From assembly GCF_006345805.1 (NCBI RefSeq), contig NC_043003.1, positions 23,064,001-23,128,000 of the forward strand: DNA of 64,000 nt, read 5' to 3'. Positions within the stretch are counted from its first letter, which is position 1, and every line of letters begins with the position of its first letter. The notes beneath the pieces are model-generated. The model saw only the letters and a program-made list of their open reading frames with translations, searched no databases and was not told the DNA's origin. Origin of the DNA: Octopus sinensis (taxonomy: Eukaryota). Below, piece by piece: positions 49,142-62,076 of the stretch. A program made the translations under genes and the position numbers.

Positions 49142-51353
49142 ATCCTTAAATCCTTAAAAATGTTTTAGCCGAAAGCCGCGGCCATGCTGGGGCACCACCG
49201 CTGAATGAGCTACACTAGTTTGTGAATCCACCTCTGATACGGGCACTTGATCAACAAGGGAGTTCGATGCTGCTGCCCGCATCCGTGTCTCCTGTCGTGA
49301 GGTAGGTTCATCTGGGAATCATAACAAGAAGAGATCCAGTTTAGTTTTAAAGAAACCCACATCCACACCATGTAAGTCTCTCAGGCATTTAGGGAGGATG
49401 TTAAAGAGCTGTGGTCCTCTGAAACCCAAGCTGTTGCAGTATCTGGACCTGTATTTTGATGGTGATGTTGGAATCCTTGGCACCACGCAGCGGCGCCCGT
49501 TCTGCGGTTGAGTAAATTTGAATGCCAAAGTTTGGGACAAGACCCTCCAGGATTTTCCAGATGTATATCACTGCATATCTCCCGCCCCGCTCCAGGGAGA
49601 AGAGTTTAATACCTTCAGTCTTTCCCAGTAGCTGACATTTTGCATTGAGACGATTTTCTTTGTGTAGCTTCTCTGAGTTGCTTCGAGTTCTGCTGTTTGT
49701 TTTATATTGTGTGGTGACCAAAGTTGGGAGCAGTAGTCCAAGCGGCTGAGGACAAATGTTTTCCATAGGACCATCAGTGTCTCCTTCTCTCTTGTTCTGA
49801 AAGTTCGGAGAATCCATCCAGCTAGCCGTCTGCATTTTATCACCAGATTAGCAATAGCATTGGAAAGATGCATCATTGCTCATGTCAATGCCCAGGTCAC
49901 GCACTGATTTTGACTCAGGGATTGCAATTCTCCTGGGCCAGTGTATCCAGTCTTCACGTCATTTACCTTTGTGTGCCAGTAGCGCAGGGCCTGGAATTAC
50001 CTGCATTAAACTGCATGTTGTTGTCCTCAGCCCACCTGTATATTGTGTCCAGCTCATGTTGCAGATGCGCAATATTTTCAGGGTTTTGTATTGCGTGGGA
50101 GACTTTTGTGTCATCTGCATAGCTAGCAAGGGTGGTCATCGTAGCAATTGAAGGCATGTCTGAAAGGGCCACTATGAACATCAGTGGCCCCAAGACAGTG
50201 CCTGTGGGACACCGCTTGTTATTTGCGTTTCCCTGGAGGTGGCTCCATTGCTCACAACTGCCTGTTTTCTGTCTTTTAGGAAGTTGTGCAGCCACTCTCC
50301 AAGTTTCCCCCTATGCCGAGACCACGCAGTTTGTGACAGATCATACCATGGTCGACTTATCAAAGGCTTTTGCAAAGTCAAGATAATTAACATCCACATT
50401 TGAGCCATTTAGTAGCTGTTTCAACACCCAGTCATAGTGTTGCAGGAGCTGTGTTAGGCAGCCTCTACCTGGTCGAAATCCATGCTGGGTGTCAGACAGT
50501 AAGTCATTTTTTCAAGGAACATGATTAGTTTCTTACGGACTATTCGTTCCATGACTTTGCTGATGTGTGAGGTCAGAGAGATAGGCCTATAATTTTTAGC
50601 ATCTGCTCTGCTACCTCCCTTATGGATAGGGCATATTACCCCTCTTTCAGTTTGGACTGGGAGCTTACCACTTGCAAGAAAGCTCTGAAAAGAAGCTGTA
50701 GCGGTTTTGCAAGGGCTCGTTTGCACGATTTGAGAAGGATCGCTGGGAATCCATCAGGTCCAGCAGCTGAGTTTGTGTCAATCTCATCAATGGCTAGTGT
50801 GATATCATCTTCTTCGATGTTGATGTACTCAATTTTTGTCTCTTTGGCCGCTGGTAAAGTGGCAAAGAATTCTTCTGGTTGTTGTTTACTTGCCTGTGTC
50901 CTAGAGGTGTAGTGAACACACTTTGGAACTGTTCGTTCAGTATTTCACTTATCCTCGTGGGATTTCCTGTGAGAGAGCCATCTTTTTGGAAGAGAGGTCC
51001 TATTCTCTGGTGCACTGTGGCTGTCTCTTTGGCAAACTTAAAGAAAGATTTAGGGTTTGATTTTATATTTTCTATTACCCAAGCTTATTTATCTGCTCTC
51101 TCCTTTCATGGACTGATGTAGACTTTTCTCAGTTCCATTAGCATTCTTTCGAGCCGAGACTTCTCACCACTTTTGGTGTGCTTGCTCAGGCGGTTGCAAT
51201 CCTTGTCCGTCGTCTCATAAGAATCCTCCTTTCTCTAGGGATCCTGTTTTTGTTCTTGTGTGTGCGGCCCTGCACATTGGGACATATTTGTCACATATGG
51301 CTTGTATTATGGACATGAAGTGTTTGTGTTTCATGTTTATGTCCGGTGTGGAC
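49142..51353 (-). mobile_element. 5'-truncated CR1/L2-group LINE (RT domain to 3' end), inserted in (TA)n
   Basis: AGPDGFP, NYRPISLTSHISKVMERIVR, LDFAKAF(D), GTVLGPLMF, SYADDTK, LSRLDYCSQLWSP, RGPQLFNILP, LDLFLL..PDEP..SNSLVDQV. 3' tail of ttaagga repeats. Frameshifted. Confidence 0.93.
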
Positions 51354-51381
51354 ATATATATATATATATATATATTTATTA

Positions 51382-51495
51382 TATAGAGGAGCTTCTACAG
51401 GAAAGAACTGTTTCATTCAAGAGAAATCTTCAGGAGCTTCCTGAAGATTTCTCTTGAATGAAACAGTTCTAGTCCTGTAGAAGCTCCTTCTATAT
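51382..51495. repeat. Near-perfect palindrome made of two divergent hammerhead copies
   Basis: ggagcttctacagga..agaactgtttcattcaagagaaatcttcagga-gct-tcctgaagatttctcttgaatgaaacagttct..tcctgtagaagctcc. Confidence 0.95.
51433..51487 (+). ncRNA. Type I hammerhead ribozyme
   Basis: GGAGCUUC | CUGAAGA | UUUC(UCUU)GAAU | GAA | ACAG(UUCUAGUC)CUGU | A | GAAGCUCC: 8-bp stem I, 4-bp stem III, GUA triplet. The only defect is a U-U mismatch at 10.1/11.1. Confidence 0.75.
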
Positions 51496-51575
51496 AATAA
51501 ATTAATTTTACTCTGCTATGTATTGAGTACCTTATTTACTGTGGTTAACCCCGAATCAACCCGGGACCTACATAG

Positions 51576-51612
<37 letters not shown>

Positions 51613-52254
51613 AATATATATCTCTGTGTGTGTGTGTGCGTTAGTTTGTGTTGTATGTTGTGTATATATATGTGTGTGTGTGCATATTATATATATATAT
51701 ATATATACATAGACATACATATACAACTAAGTATACATAAGCTCGCTCACACACATATAGATAGGCATATACACACGTTACTCAATACCAGAGATAAGCA
51801 TGCACAGGTGTAACGCATACATACATACATACACACATACACGCACAATCACACACGCACACAGAGACACACATAAAAACACACACTATACACACATGCA
51901 ATATATGTATATATATCTACTACGATTTACCTTTGTCTTAATTTGATTCCATTTGATGCTATATTCAATATCGAGCACTCACCCCTACCGTATATTATTT
52001 CTTTATTTTCCAGCCACTAATGATGTTCATCTTAAACAGATGGTAATCCACAGCAATGATATAACAAAAACGTTTTAGTTATCATTGTGAATATTTCTAA
52101 ATTGAAGGACATTTCAAACCATTATCTTACGTAATTGACGTGCATTATATATATGCTCTTCGCGTATTTTGCTTATCTTCTAAAGATGTGCTTGCCAAAA
52201 CGCCTTGGCATTAATCGATAACTAAAGCTTAACAAGCTGATGTTAAATGGAACG

Positions 52255-52324
52255 ATCTTATCTATCTATCTATCTATCTATATACATATATCTGTCTGTC
52301 TGTCCGTCTGTCTGTCTGTCTGTC

Positions 52325-52381
<57 letters not shown>

Positions 52382-52685
52382 CCTATCTATCTATTTATCT
52401 ATCTAAATATCTATCTATCAATCTATCTATTTATCTATATATCTGTTCGTCTGTCTGTCTATCTGTCTGTCTGTGTCTGTTTCTACGTCTATGTGCCTGT
52501 CTGTTTGACTGTCCGCCTTTCTGTTTCTCTGAATGTCTGTCCATCTTTCTGTCTCTCTATTTCTTTTTCACATTTCACTAAGTCTCACTTCGTGGGTGCA
52601 TATACACATACAAACACACACACAAACACACACACACACAACACACACACACACACACACACAACACACACACACACACACACAC
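52255..52685. repeat. (CTAT)/(CTGT)/(CA) microsatellite block
   Basis: Direct tandem runs. Confidence 0.9.
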
Positions 52686-53010
52686 GAAAGGATTAAAAAG
52701 AAAGCCGATGAAGGTGGGATTATTACTCAACATATTAAAACATGTAATTTAACACTAAAACGAATTTTGTTCCCTTCCAAACCTTTTCCGACTCTTCCAC
52801 ATGTCTTTGCCAAATGGAAGATAATTGTTTCTTTCACACGTATTGGACTAGAAGTTTGAGTTGATGAGATAGCATTCAATTATATCGTATCCATTCCGTA
52901 GCTGCTTCTTATTTCTTCGACGCTGGCCGATTGTAAGATACCAGTGTTCTGTGTTTAAATCCCACTTTCGAGATAATTAATATGTATGGCTATTATTTCA
53001 TCGCAATAGA

Positions 53011-53222
53011 AAGCTGGCAGAATCGTTAGCACGCTGTGAGTTTGCTTAGCGACTTTTCGTCCGTCTTTACGTTCTGAGTTCAAATTCCGCCGAGGCCGAC
53101 TTTGCCTTTCTTCATTTTGAGGTTGATAATATAAATACCTGTTGAGCATTAGGGTCGATGTAATCGACTCACACCCTCATTCGAACTTGCTCGTCTTGTG
53201 CCAAAATTTGAAATGAATATAT
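53011..53222 (+). mobile_element. SINE family B monomer
   Basis: agctggcagaatcgttagcacg..gttctgagttcaaattccgccgagg..tttgccttt. Confidence 0.85.
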
Positions 53223-53621
53223 TACCTCATCATTATTATAATTCGCTTAAAATACGTGTGTTTATAAAACACTCATATTTCCTCGCATGAAATGGGTTTT
53301 AGCTTGTAATGTATTTGTAGTACAGATAGTTAGCCTAAATTAAATGGTGAACTAAGCGTGTTTAGATTGTAGCATACTTTTGAAAGAAAATTAAACTCTC
53401 AGTTAATGTAATGAGGAAACTAAAACAACTTTTCTGCCATTCATTCGATGCTTTTGTATAAAGGCCTCCAGAAAGTGTTTTACTTTATGTTAACAACCAT
53501 TCGGTCTACCATCGGTTTTCTACTCCACCCAACTATTGACATATTAATCAATGCATCTCCAGTCAAAGTAAAACAGTGGTTAATAAACTATTGCTGAGGT
53601 AGCCAGGTCTATTTTATATAC

Positions 53622-54038
53622 ATATTCCTTTACTGCCCACAAAGGGCTAAACATAGAGGGGACAAACAAGGACAGACAAACGGATTTAGTCGATTACATC
53701 GACCCCAGTGCGAAACTGGTACTTTATTTATCGATCCCGAAAGGATGAAAGGCAAAGTCGACCTCGACGGAATTTGAACTCAGAACGTAACGGCAGACGA
53801 AATGCCTATTTCTTTACTATCCACAAGGGGCTAAACACAGAAGGGACAAACAAGGACAGACAAACGGATTAAGTCGATTATATTGACCCCAGTGCGAAAC
53901 TGGTACTTTATTTATCGATCCCGAAAGGATGAAAGGCAAAGTCGACCTCGGCGGAATTTGAACTCAGAACGTAAAGACAGACGAAATACCGCTAAGCATT
54001 TCGCCCGGCGCGCTAACGTTTCTGCCAGATCGATGCCC
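53622..54038 (-). mobile_element. SINE family B, dimeric form
   Basis: Two tandem units followed by the head. Confidence 0.9.
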
Positions 54039-54780
54039 TCGGTCTATATTATATATAACAAAATAACTCATCCTGAATTTGTAAATTATCGAATGGAGTA
54101 CTAGATTTATACGTGTTCACATTCACTCATTCGAGCCTATACTTACACGATGTCCCGATTCTCCATAAAGCATATACATAAAATTATGTTAATATTGAAT
54201 CACACCGATATGGACAACATTTCTTCAGACACAGGCTAAAATCTACTTCAATCGTGTTGAAACCTGTTTCTCAAACAATAGATTTAAATTAGTATATATA
54301 TCAAATCCGACCTCTCCCTTCTTACCCGTACTACTAGAGAACATTAAGTGTAACTAACAATCTGTGTGTCGCTGCCTGCTTGTGCCTGTCTGCCTGTCTG
54401 TATGTCTGTCTGTCAGTATGTATGTATGTATCTATCTAGCTAGCTACCTACATACTTGTCTCTCTATATGTGTAAATATATATGTATATGTATGAATATA
54501 TACATGTATATATATATACATATATATACATATACATATGTATATATATAAATTAGAAAAAACACCTTTTATTAATTCAATAATGAAAAATGTAATTATA
54601 TCATGATTAAGTAATGTGCAAAATATATATTTTGCACATTACAAAGACTACTGCTAGCTCTCTCTGCGCACGCAACCATTTGCTGCCATCTGTTGGTGCG
54701 CTACAGAACTAGTCCGGAATCTTTTTGATATCACCTTGTATGTATTTCTCTAAATATATATAAATGTGTGCGTGTGTATA

Positions 54781-55135
54781 TTCTTTCACTTGTCTCAGTT
54801 ATTTGACTGCGGCAATGCTGGAGCACCGCCTTGAAAGGTTTTAGTTGAACAACTCGACCCTAGGACTTATTTCTTAAGCCTAGTAATTCTTCTATCGATC
54901 GATATTGCCGAACCGCTAGGTTACGGGGATGTAAACACACCAACACGAGTTGTCTCTCTCTCACACACACACGCATATATACATACGACGGGCTTCTTTC
55001 AGTTTCCCTCTAGCAAATGCAGTCACGAGGCTTTCGTCAGCCCAAGGCTATAGTAAAAGGCATTTGCGCACGGTGCCACGCAGCCGGAACCACGTGGTTG
55101 GGAAGCAAGATTGTTACCACGTACACGCTATACGT
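54781..55135 (-). mobile_element. SINE family A (diverged)
   Basis: ttgactgcggcaatgctggagcaccgcc..gaaccgctaggttacgggga..ggaaccacgtggtt. Confidence 0.8.
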
Positions 55136-55159
55136 ATTATACACACACACACACACACT

Positions 55160-55256
<97 letters not shown>

Positions 55257-55415
55257 ATATGTATAGCATACACTAAAAATCATATACATAATTACTATAA
55301 GCATATTTACATATCAAATCTAACATAGTTAACATAGTAAGTAAAGCAAAACGAACAGACATATTTTGAATTCTCCCACAGGCTGCAAATGCTCAAAAAC
55401 AGTATATAAACAATA

Positions 55416-56490
55416 TATTGGGTCATCCCATAAATAATGCTGTTTTTTCAATTGCATGAACTAAATAAATAAACTACCTGCATCAACTTGCTATAAAAGC
55501 AGGTAGTAATTTTACCTTGTGCCTTATTCTTAGTGCAAATTTTAAAGAGTGCAGCTCGATTTTAACAGTAATTTTTTCAAAGCTATAATGGAAGTGACAA
55601 AGGAGTATATTCGGCATATTTTGCTGCATGAGTCCAATAAAGGCAACAATGCAACGGAAAGTGCAAGGAATATTAATTCAGTATATGGGAATCGAAGAAT
55701 AAACATAAGGCAGTACCGATGGTGTCACCAGAAATTCCGAGCCGGAAACTATAGCCTAGAAGATGAGCCCCGTTCTGGAAGATCTGTAGAACTCGACGAG
55801 GACATCCTGCAAGCCCTGGTGAAGCAAAATCACATTGTAACTGTTGAGGAACTAGCAGAAAAGATTGAATTTGGTCATCCAACCATTAATCGATACCTGC
55901 GTGCTATCGGAAAAGTCAGCAATTTGGGCCAATGTGTTCCTCAGAAACTTTCCGAGTCTAATCAGGCGCAAAATGTGAATGTGTGTTTTTCTTTGCAGTT
56001 ACGTCTCACGAAGGAATCTTTTTTGGACCGATTAGTGACTGGTGACGAGAAACGGATTCTCAAAAATGTAAAGCGCCGAAGACAGTGGGTAGGGAAAGGA
56101 GAAACACCGGCACCCCAGGCTAAAGAAGGTCTTCACCCACGTAAGTTGTTGTTATCTGTTTAGCGGAATATGAAAGATTTAGTCCACTTTGAACTTTTAA
56201 ACCCAAACCAAACGATAACAAAGCCGATCTATTGCGGACAATTTGAGGAGCTTAAGGCAGCGCTAGAAGATAAACGACCATCTTTGGTTTCAAAACGAAA
56301 GGTGTTCTTCCATCAAGATAATACTCGGCCACATACAGGGAGGATGACAGTCCAAAGGCTGGAGCAGTTTCAATGGGAAACGATGACCTACCCACCGTAT
56401 TCGTCAGACATTGCCCCATCTGAGTATCATTTATTCCGCACTCTTCAAAATTATTTGGACGGAAAAAGCTTTGGTAGACCAAATTTCTGA
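55416..56490 (+). mobile_element. mariner (D,D34D) transposon with a nearly full transposase pseudogene, 3'-truncated
   Basis: Left TIR tattgggtcatcccataaataatgc. ORFs 55549-56163 and 56170-56490 are in the same frame, separated by one TAG. Motifs: LEDEPRSGR, CVPQKL (WVPHEL-like), VTGDEK, HQDNTRPH, YSSDIAPSEYHLF. No right TIR found. Confidence 0.95.
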
Positions 56491-56600
56491 TCGAAGGCGC
56501 GTCATCTTTGGGCATACGGTTTCTTTCAAGATACAGTGTATAGACGACTACATTATCCAATGTTTCCTTTAGAGAAAAGCTGGTTATGATTTCTGGAAAA

Positions 56601-56815
56601 TTTGGTTGCTATTTTCAGCAGAGCAACTGGATATAAAGAAGAGTCATCGTTGCTTATGTTCTTGGTTTCTTTTCCCGATACAGTTAGTAATTTGTGGAAG
56701 GTTTGGTTGCTATTTTTAGCGGGTCAGCCGGCTGTGTAGAGGAGCCATTGTCGCTTATGTTCTTGCCTTCCTTTTCTAGATACAGTCCGTAAACTGTGAA
56801 AGATTTGACTACCAT
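56601..56815. repeat. Tandem repeat of about 101 bp, 2+ copies
   Basis: tttggttgctattt at 56601 and 56702; gcttatgttcttg at 56652 and 56753; gatacagt at 56677 and 56779. Confidence 0.75.
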
Positions 56816-57471
56816 GTGTACCAGACCTAGCGACCACGTTGGAATATCTTCGCTTATGTAAGGCATACCAGTGACACAATGCGCCTTTGCTTTGAAATTG
56901 TGTTTGTCGTTAAACAAGAAATCAATCGATACAGCAGAATCCATTAAGTACAAGATTCAATTTTGTCAATGTTCCTGAAGTCCCTATGGTGTTACATAAT
57001 CTAGTTGCTATCTGATATTAGTAATTAAATTATTCAATTTCTTGCTCTTTTCCAGGGCTTACTACATTCGTACTTGTTAACAAGTCTAATAATAATGATT
57101 GTATTTTGCTGACGTGTGTCCAACTACTTTGTTATTGTGAATGAGAAGACAAAAGCGGTGTGTTGACAAAATTGTCTGCGAATCTGAAAATAACTGGCGT
57201 ACTTTAATTTTATGCGGTTCTTTACGTTGCGCGTTCAAATAGCGCCAAAGTCAACTTTGGCTTTTATTGTATACCTTTGGCTATACGGTTGATAAAATGA
57301 AGTACAAACCTCGATGGTATCGGCTAACCATTGCCCCGCTAAAAAAACTGCTGTTTTCAGAAACATTTGTGAACAGGAAGACACAAATACATTATTTACA
57401 TTTGACGGATATTTGTCCTCATCTTGGTGAAATTTCGAACCTGGGTTCTCATTCCTAAAGCATTTTTCGAC

Positions 57472-57474
<3 letters not shown>

Positions 57475-57548
<74 letters not shown>
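57475..57548. repeat. (ATT)n microsatellite
   Basis: Direct tandem run. Confidence 0.95.
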
Positions 57549-57551
<3 letters not shown>

Positions 57552-58324
57552 AATTTACTTCCACCAAAATGCCCCACAAGGAATTAGCGGCAGAAGTCTC
57601 TTTATAAAGGTGGCGCACAGAGGGACTGAACCCGAAACTGGCTGGTCGCAAAATGAGTTTAGGAAACACACATCCATGCCTGTACCTTTATGCTTGTTCA
57701 TTAATTTCCACTTTTATCAAAAGAATTATACATTTTAGGAAAACGAATGATACCTTTTATTGTTTTTCATTCATTTATATATTCTGTTGCTGAAAAATTC
57801 TAATACATTCAAAATGCGACAACGTAATACGGTTCAACTGCATTGCCATCTTTGCATATCCTTTGTTTTACTTCCCTTCGCGTTTATTTATTCTTCTCTC
57901 CTCATTGTCTCTTTATATTTAATGTATCCAATTTCATACCGCAACCGTTAATTTTTATTTATTTAGTTTATTTGCTAAGCTCAGGCATTTTGTTTTTTGC
58001 AAAGTTTTAAGTTTATGAGAAAATAATGCTATTGCTGATATCTTTGTAATGTGGTTTAGGTTTAAATTGCAATTGGAGACATCATGTGCAATTTGGCTAG
58101 AATTAATAACTATTCTAATTGCTATGGTAACACGGAAGCATTGACGAAGAAATTAATATGAGGAGAGACGGAATGACGTGAAACATGTTCAACAATAAGA
58201 TAATAACAATAATAACAACCAATATAATTTCTTCGCAATCAACGATGAGTTAATATTCTCTACTTTTCAGTTCTAGTTACAGTTTCGATTACTTGGTGAG
58301 GAAACTATTTGCCATGTATCTGGT

Positions 58325-58545
58325 TAGCTTAATAATCCTTTCTGCTATAGACACAGGGCATGAAATTTTGGGAGTGGGGCAGTCGATTAGGTCGATCGCA
58401 GTACGCAACTGGTACTTATTTAACCGACCCTGAAAGGATGAAAGGCAAAGTCGACCTCGGCGGAATTTGAACTCAGAACGTAGCGAAAGGCGAAATACTG
58501 CTAAGCATTTCGTCCATGGTGCCACCAATACTGCCAGCTTGTGGC
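58325..58545 (-). mobile_element. SINE family B monomer
   Basis: gaaaggatgaaaggcaaagtcgacctcggcggaatttgaactcagaacg..ctgccagct. Confidence 0.85.
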
Positions 58546-58739
58546 CTTAATTTCTCCTAAATAGTGATTCCTGTCAATAGTTCTGAACTAAAAGGCTGTT
58601 GAATGGGTTATGAAGGAATACAAAGAAAGTCTAAACAGGATTTCCATTTCGAAATGGAAAACAAAAATGACGGCTGTGGGATGAGCGAGTATCTGATGTA
58701 CTACAGTATAAATTCATTGATGTTATTTATCCATTCATC

Positions 58740-59020
58740 TTTCCGCCAAATATTCCTAGGTGGTTCGTTGGGGAAGAATACCTAGATATTTTGTTCATAT
58801 GTCTACGGTTAGATTCCAAAGCGTTCCCATATGAGACATTGGATATTAACCAAACATCTCGTCCTTGTTCGACTCTTATGTTTCCTACTGGTCCGTCCAG
58901 CTTCAGGAATCTGGCCTGCTATTTTTTTCTTGCGTCTTTCTAATCACATATCTGTAGTACCGGAGCTGTGATATCTTAATGTGAAGAAGTAGCGGTTCCA
59001 CCTGGAGAAACTTAATCTAT
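58740..59020 (-). mobile_element. RTE-clade LINE 3' fragment
   Basis: The minus strand reads QVEPLLLHIKISQLRYYRYVIRKTQEK, matching the RTE motif VEPLLLRIERSQLRWxGHVxRM. Confidence 0.7.
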
Positions 59021-59189
59021 GAGTAATGTTATTCCAGAATTTAATATAGTTTTCAAACTGAACTGAATTTAATACGGATGGAATTTAATGCAGATCTAAT
59101 ATACATTTTAAACTGAATTTGATATAGATTATAAGATAACACTGCATATGTAAATTAATGGAACGCAATCAAATACACTGCATAGTCGA

Positions 59190-59354
59190 AGACCGTGACC
59201 GACCAGGCTATCAGATGTTGCGACACATCGCTGGTGACAATGCGCTTCGCATTGTTTTAGCCTTTATATGACGCCACCCCGCTGGCTAAGCGAGCAGGCC
59301 AACAGACGAAAGAGTGAGAGGAAGTTGTGGCGGAAAAGTATAGCAGGGATCGCT

Positions 59355-59355
<1 letters not shown>
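59190..59355 (-). mobile_element. SINE family C fragment, tail type 5
   Basis: Central domain gaaagagtgagaggaagttgtggcggaaaagtatagcagggatcgc joined to a distinct tail. Confidence 0.7.
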
Positions 59356-59387
<32 letters not shown>

Positions 59388-59949
59388 GTCTCCGTAGGTA
59401 AAACGGAGTAGGTTCAGGTTGACTACTTTCAATCTTCATTGAGAAATCATCACTAAGTTCCTTCTTTTCTGTAACTATCCACAGGAATATTGTATCCGTT
59501 TATAATCACTAGTATTAAGGGTTTTAGTACCTCGAGTATATAAATGCATACTTAGCAACAAGTTTGATAAATAAATTACCAACGCCTTAGTCTTGGGCGT
59601 CTTTGACGTTATGATGTCATTCCTTACGTTTCATTCAGTTTCAGTTCGTACATGGATGTTTGGCTTAAAAATCTATGGGATTATTTTGTAGTACCTCATA
59701 ACCTCAAATATACTTTCAGTTTTTGATACATCTTTTACTTTTATTTACAATCAAAACACTTCCTTAGATTTACTTGGTACTTTTTCCTACTATAGTCAAG
59801 TAACTTTAGTTATGGCACTAATAAAAAGAAATTATGAAGTAGCAAATCTAGAGGGAATATTTCAAAACAAAAAACCTAATATGTCCCTTATTGAATAATA
59901 ACTTTTTTCTGAATCTTTCCTATTTGATGATATTGGATCACTTTAATTA

Positions 59950-60180
59950 TGACTAATGATAATGGTTTGATATCTTGGCACAATGCCAGCTAATTTAGAA
60001 GAGGGTCTTAGTGAATTACATCCGTTTAAGTGTTCAGGTGATACATCATATTTCATCGATCCCGAAAAATATGAGGGATAAAATCGCCCTCGGTGGAACT
60101 TAAACTCAGAACGCAAAGAGCGGGAAGAAGTGCTGCTAAGCATTTTGTCCGGCGCACTGACGATTCTGCAGGTTCGCAGC
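59950..60180 (-). mobile_element. SINE family B, diverged monomer
   Basis: ttcatcgatcccgaaaa..cctcggtggaacttaaactcagaacg..gctaagcatttt..gacgattctgc. Confidence 0.7.
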
Positions 60181-60254
60181 CCAAATAGTAAAGATTATTA
60201 TTTGTCAGAATTTTCATATACAAAGTCATACTATAAATATTGTAAAAAGTACCT

Positions 60255-60985
60255 TTCGAGCGTTGAGTCTCGTGGAAGCAGTGACAAGTTGCCGAGACCT
60301 TTGGCGATACACCGTACTTGAAGGCGGCGAGCTGGCAGAATCGTTAGCATGCCGGGCGAAATGCTTAGCGGTGTTTCTTCTGCCATTACGTTCTGAGTTC
60401 AAATTCCGCCGAGGTCAATTTTGCCTTTCATCCTTCCGGGGTCGATAAATTAAGTAACAGTTACGCACTGGGGTCGATATAATCGACTTAATCCGTTTGT
60501 CTGTCTTTGTTTGTCCTCTCTGTGTTTAGCCCCTTGTGGGTAGTAAAGAAATAGGTATTTCGTCTGCCGTTACGTTCTGAGTTCAAATTCCGCCGAGGTC
60601 GACTTTGCCTTTCATCATTTCGGGTTTGATAAATAAGTACCAGTTACGTACTGGGTCGATCTTATCGATTGACTCCTCCCCCCAAACTACGGGCCTTGTG
60701 CCTCGAGTAGAAAAAGATATACCGTACTTGAGAAGACCTGTCAAGTCAAGAGAGATAGTAGTCGTGGCCGATGCCGGTGCCACGTAACCAGTACTCGTGT
60801 CGGTGGCACGTAAAAAGAACCCACTACATTCTTGGAGTGGTTGGCGTTAGGAAGGGCATCCAGCCGAAGAAACCGTGCTAAATCAGATTGGAATCTGTTG
60901 CAGCTCCCCGGCTTATCAGTTCTCAGTCAAACGGTCCAACCCATGCCGGCATGGACAACAGATGTTAAATGATGTTGCTGGTGCT
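60255..60985 (+). mobile_element. SINE/retroposon with a Nin-like central domain, interrupted by a family B dimer
   Basis: tggttggcgttaggaagggcatccagccg resembles the Nin SINE core; the end is ccaacccatgccggcatgga..gttaaatgatg. Confidence 0.6.
60322..60715 (+). mobile_element. SINE family B dimer with a 16-bp TSD
   Basis: Flanked by gatacaccgtacttga (60306-60321) and gatataccgtacttga (60716-60731). Confidence 0.92.
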
Positions 60986-62019
60986 GATGAGGACTTCTGT
61001 AATTCAGTGGTATTTTATTATACCGTCTCTGTAAGAATGAAACACAAATTGGACGTAGACAAGATTTAAATTCATAATATAAACGAACATGTCTAAATTT
61101 CGAAAGGCATTTGTATTAAATCGTTTCATCTATAGTCCCCAGTGTAAATTCATTGCACAACGTCTTTTCTAATTATGCCTCGTTTTCTTTTATTCTATTG
61201 TGCAATCCAATGCGGATATTCTGTCGTTGCAAGCAGAGAACCACAGAAATATTAAACCTGCTACAAACACTTTACATGTAAGTTCAAAATATTAACATTA
61301 TTTCAAATATATCACCTAACCTGTTAAACGGACTCAGTAGACGAAATGGCATTTTTGAGAGTAGTTGCATAAGTTCTCAAAAAAGAGCCTCCCCACTAAA
61401 ATCAATCAAACAAACAAAAGCCCATGTCTGTCCGTGAACAATAGTAAGATCTCAGGTGTCTATCATATGGCGGCATGACATCTACTCTGCTGACATGAAA
61501 TTAGTCTCTGTCGCTCGTCTCAGACGATACGCTATTAGTCATACTACAAATCAGTTCAGTCAGTGAGTGTAGTACGATAATCAGATTTTCATTTCAGATT
61601 GCATAAAAGAATAATGATAATGATGATGATGATGATGATGATGATGACCGGGCTGATTGTCACGATGACGTTGATATGGACGTGATAAGGACGATGATTA
61701 AGAAAAAAAAATGCGGGAGAAGAAAGCTTTCGATGGAAATACGGTCAATTTTATTGAACAAATTTTATAATCGATGACATCGACTGGACCTGTATAAATT
61801 AACCTTCTACTTAGTCATCACATCAGCAACATTATCAGTCTCCCATTGTTATCCATTGTTGGTGACTCTATGCCATTAATGAATCTTTATCGTTACGACA
61901 TGACTTCTCTCCGAACTCAGCAACAAATTTGTATTCATTTCTACGTATACATTTTATTCTTCGCTTGTCTTTTTACTTCTTACTATTCATGACCAGGCGA
62001 GACGATATTTCTTCTGTTC

Positions 62020-62021
<2 letters not shown>

Positions 62022-62076
<55 letters not shown>

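Noticed and set aside
56601-56953. Possible ankyrin-repeat exon (about 33-aa periodicity)
   Set aside because: The period is about 101-102 bp with frame changes and stops, and there is no TPLH motif.
60980-61010. CUGAUGAGGAC as a hammerhead
   Set aside because: No stem II closure and no GAAA.
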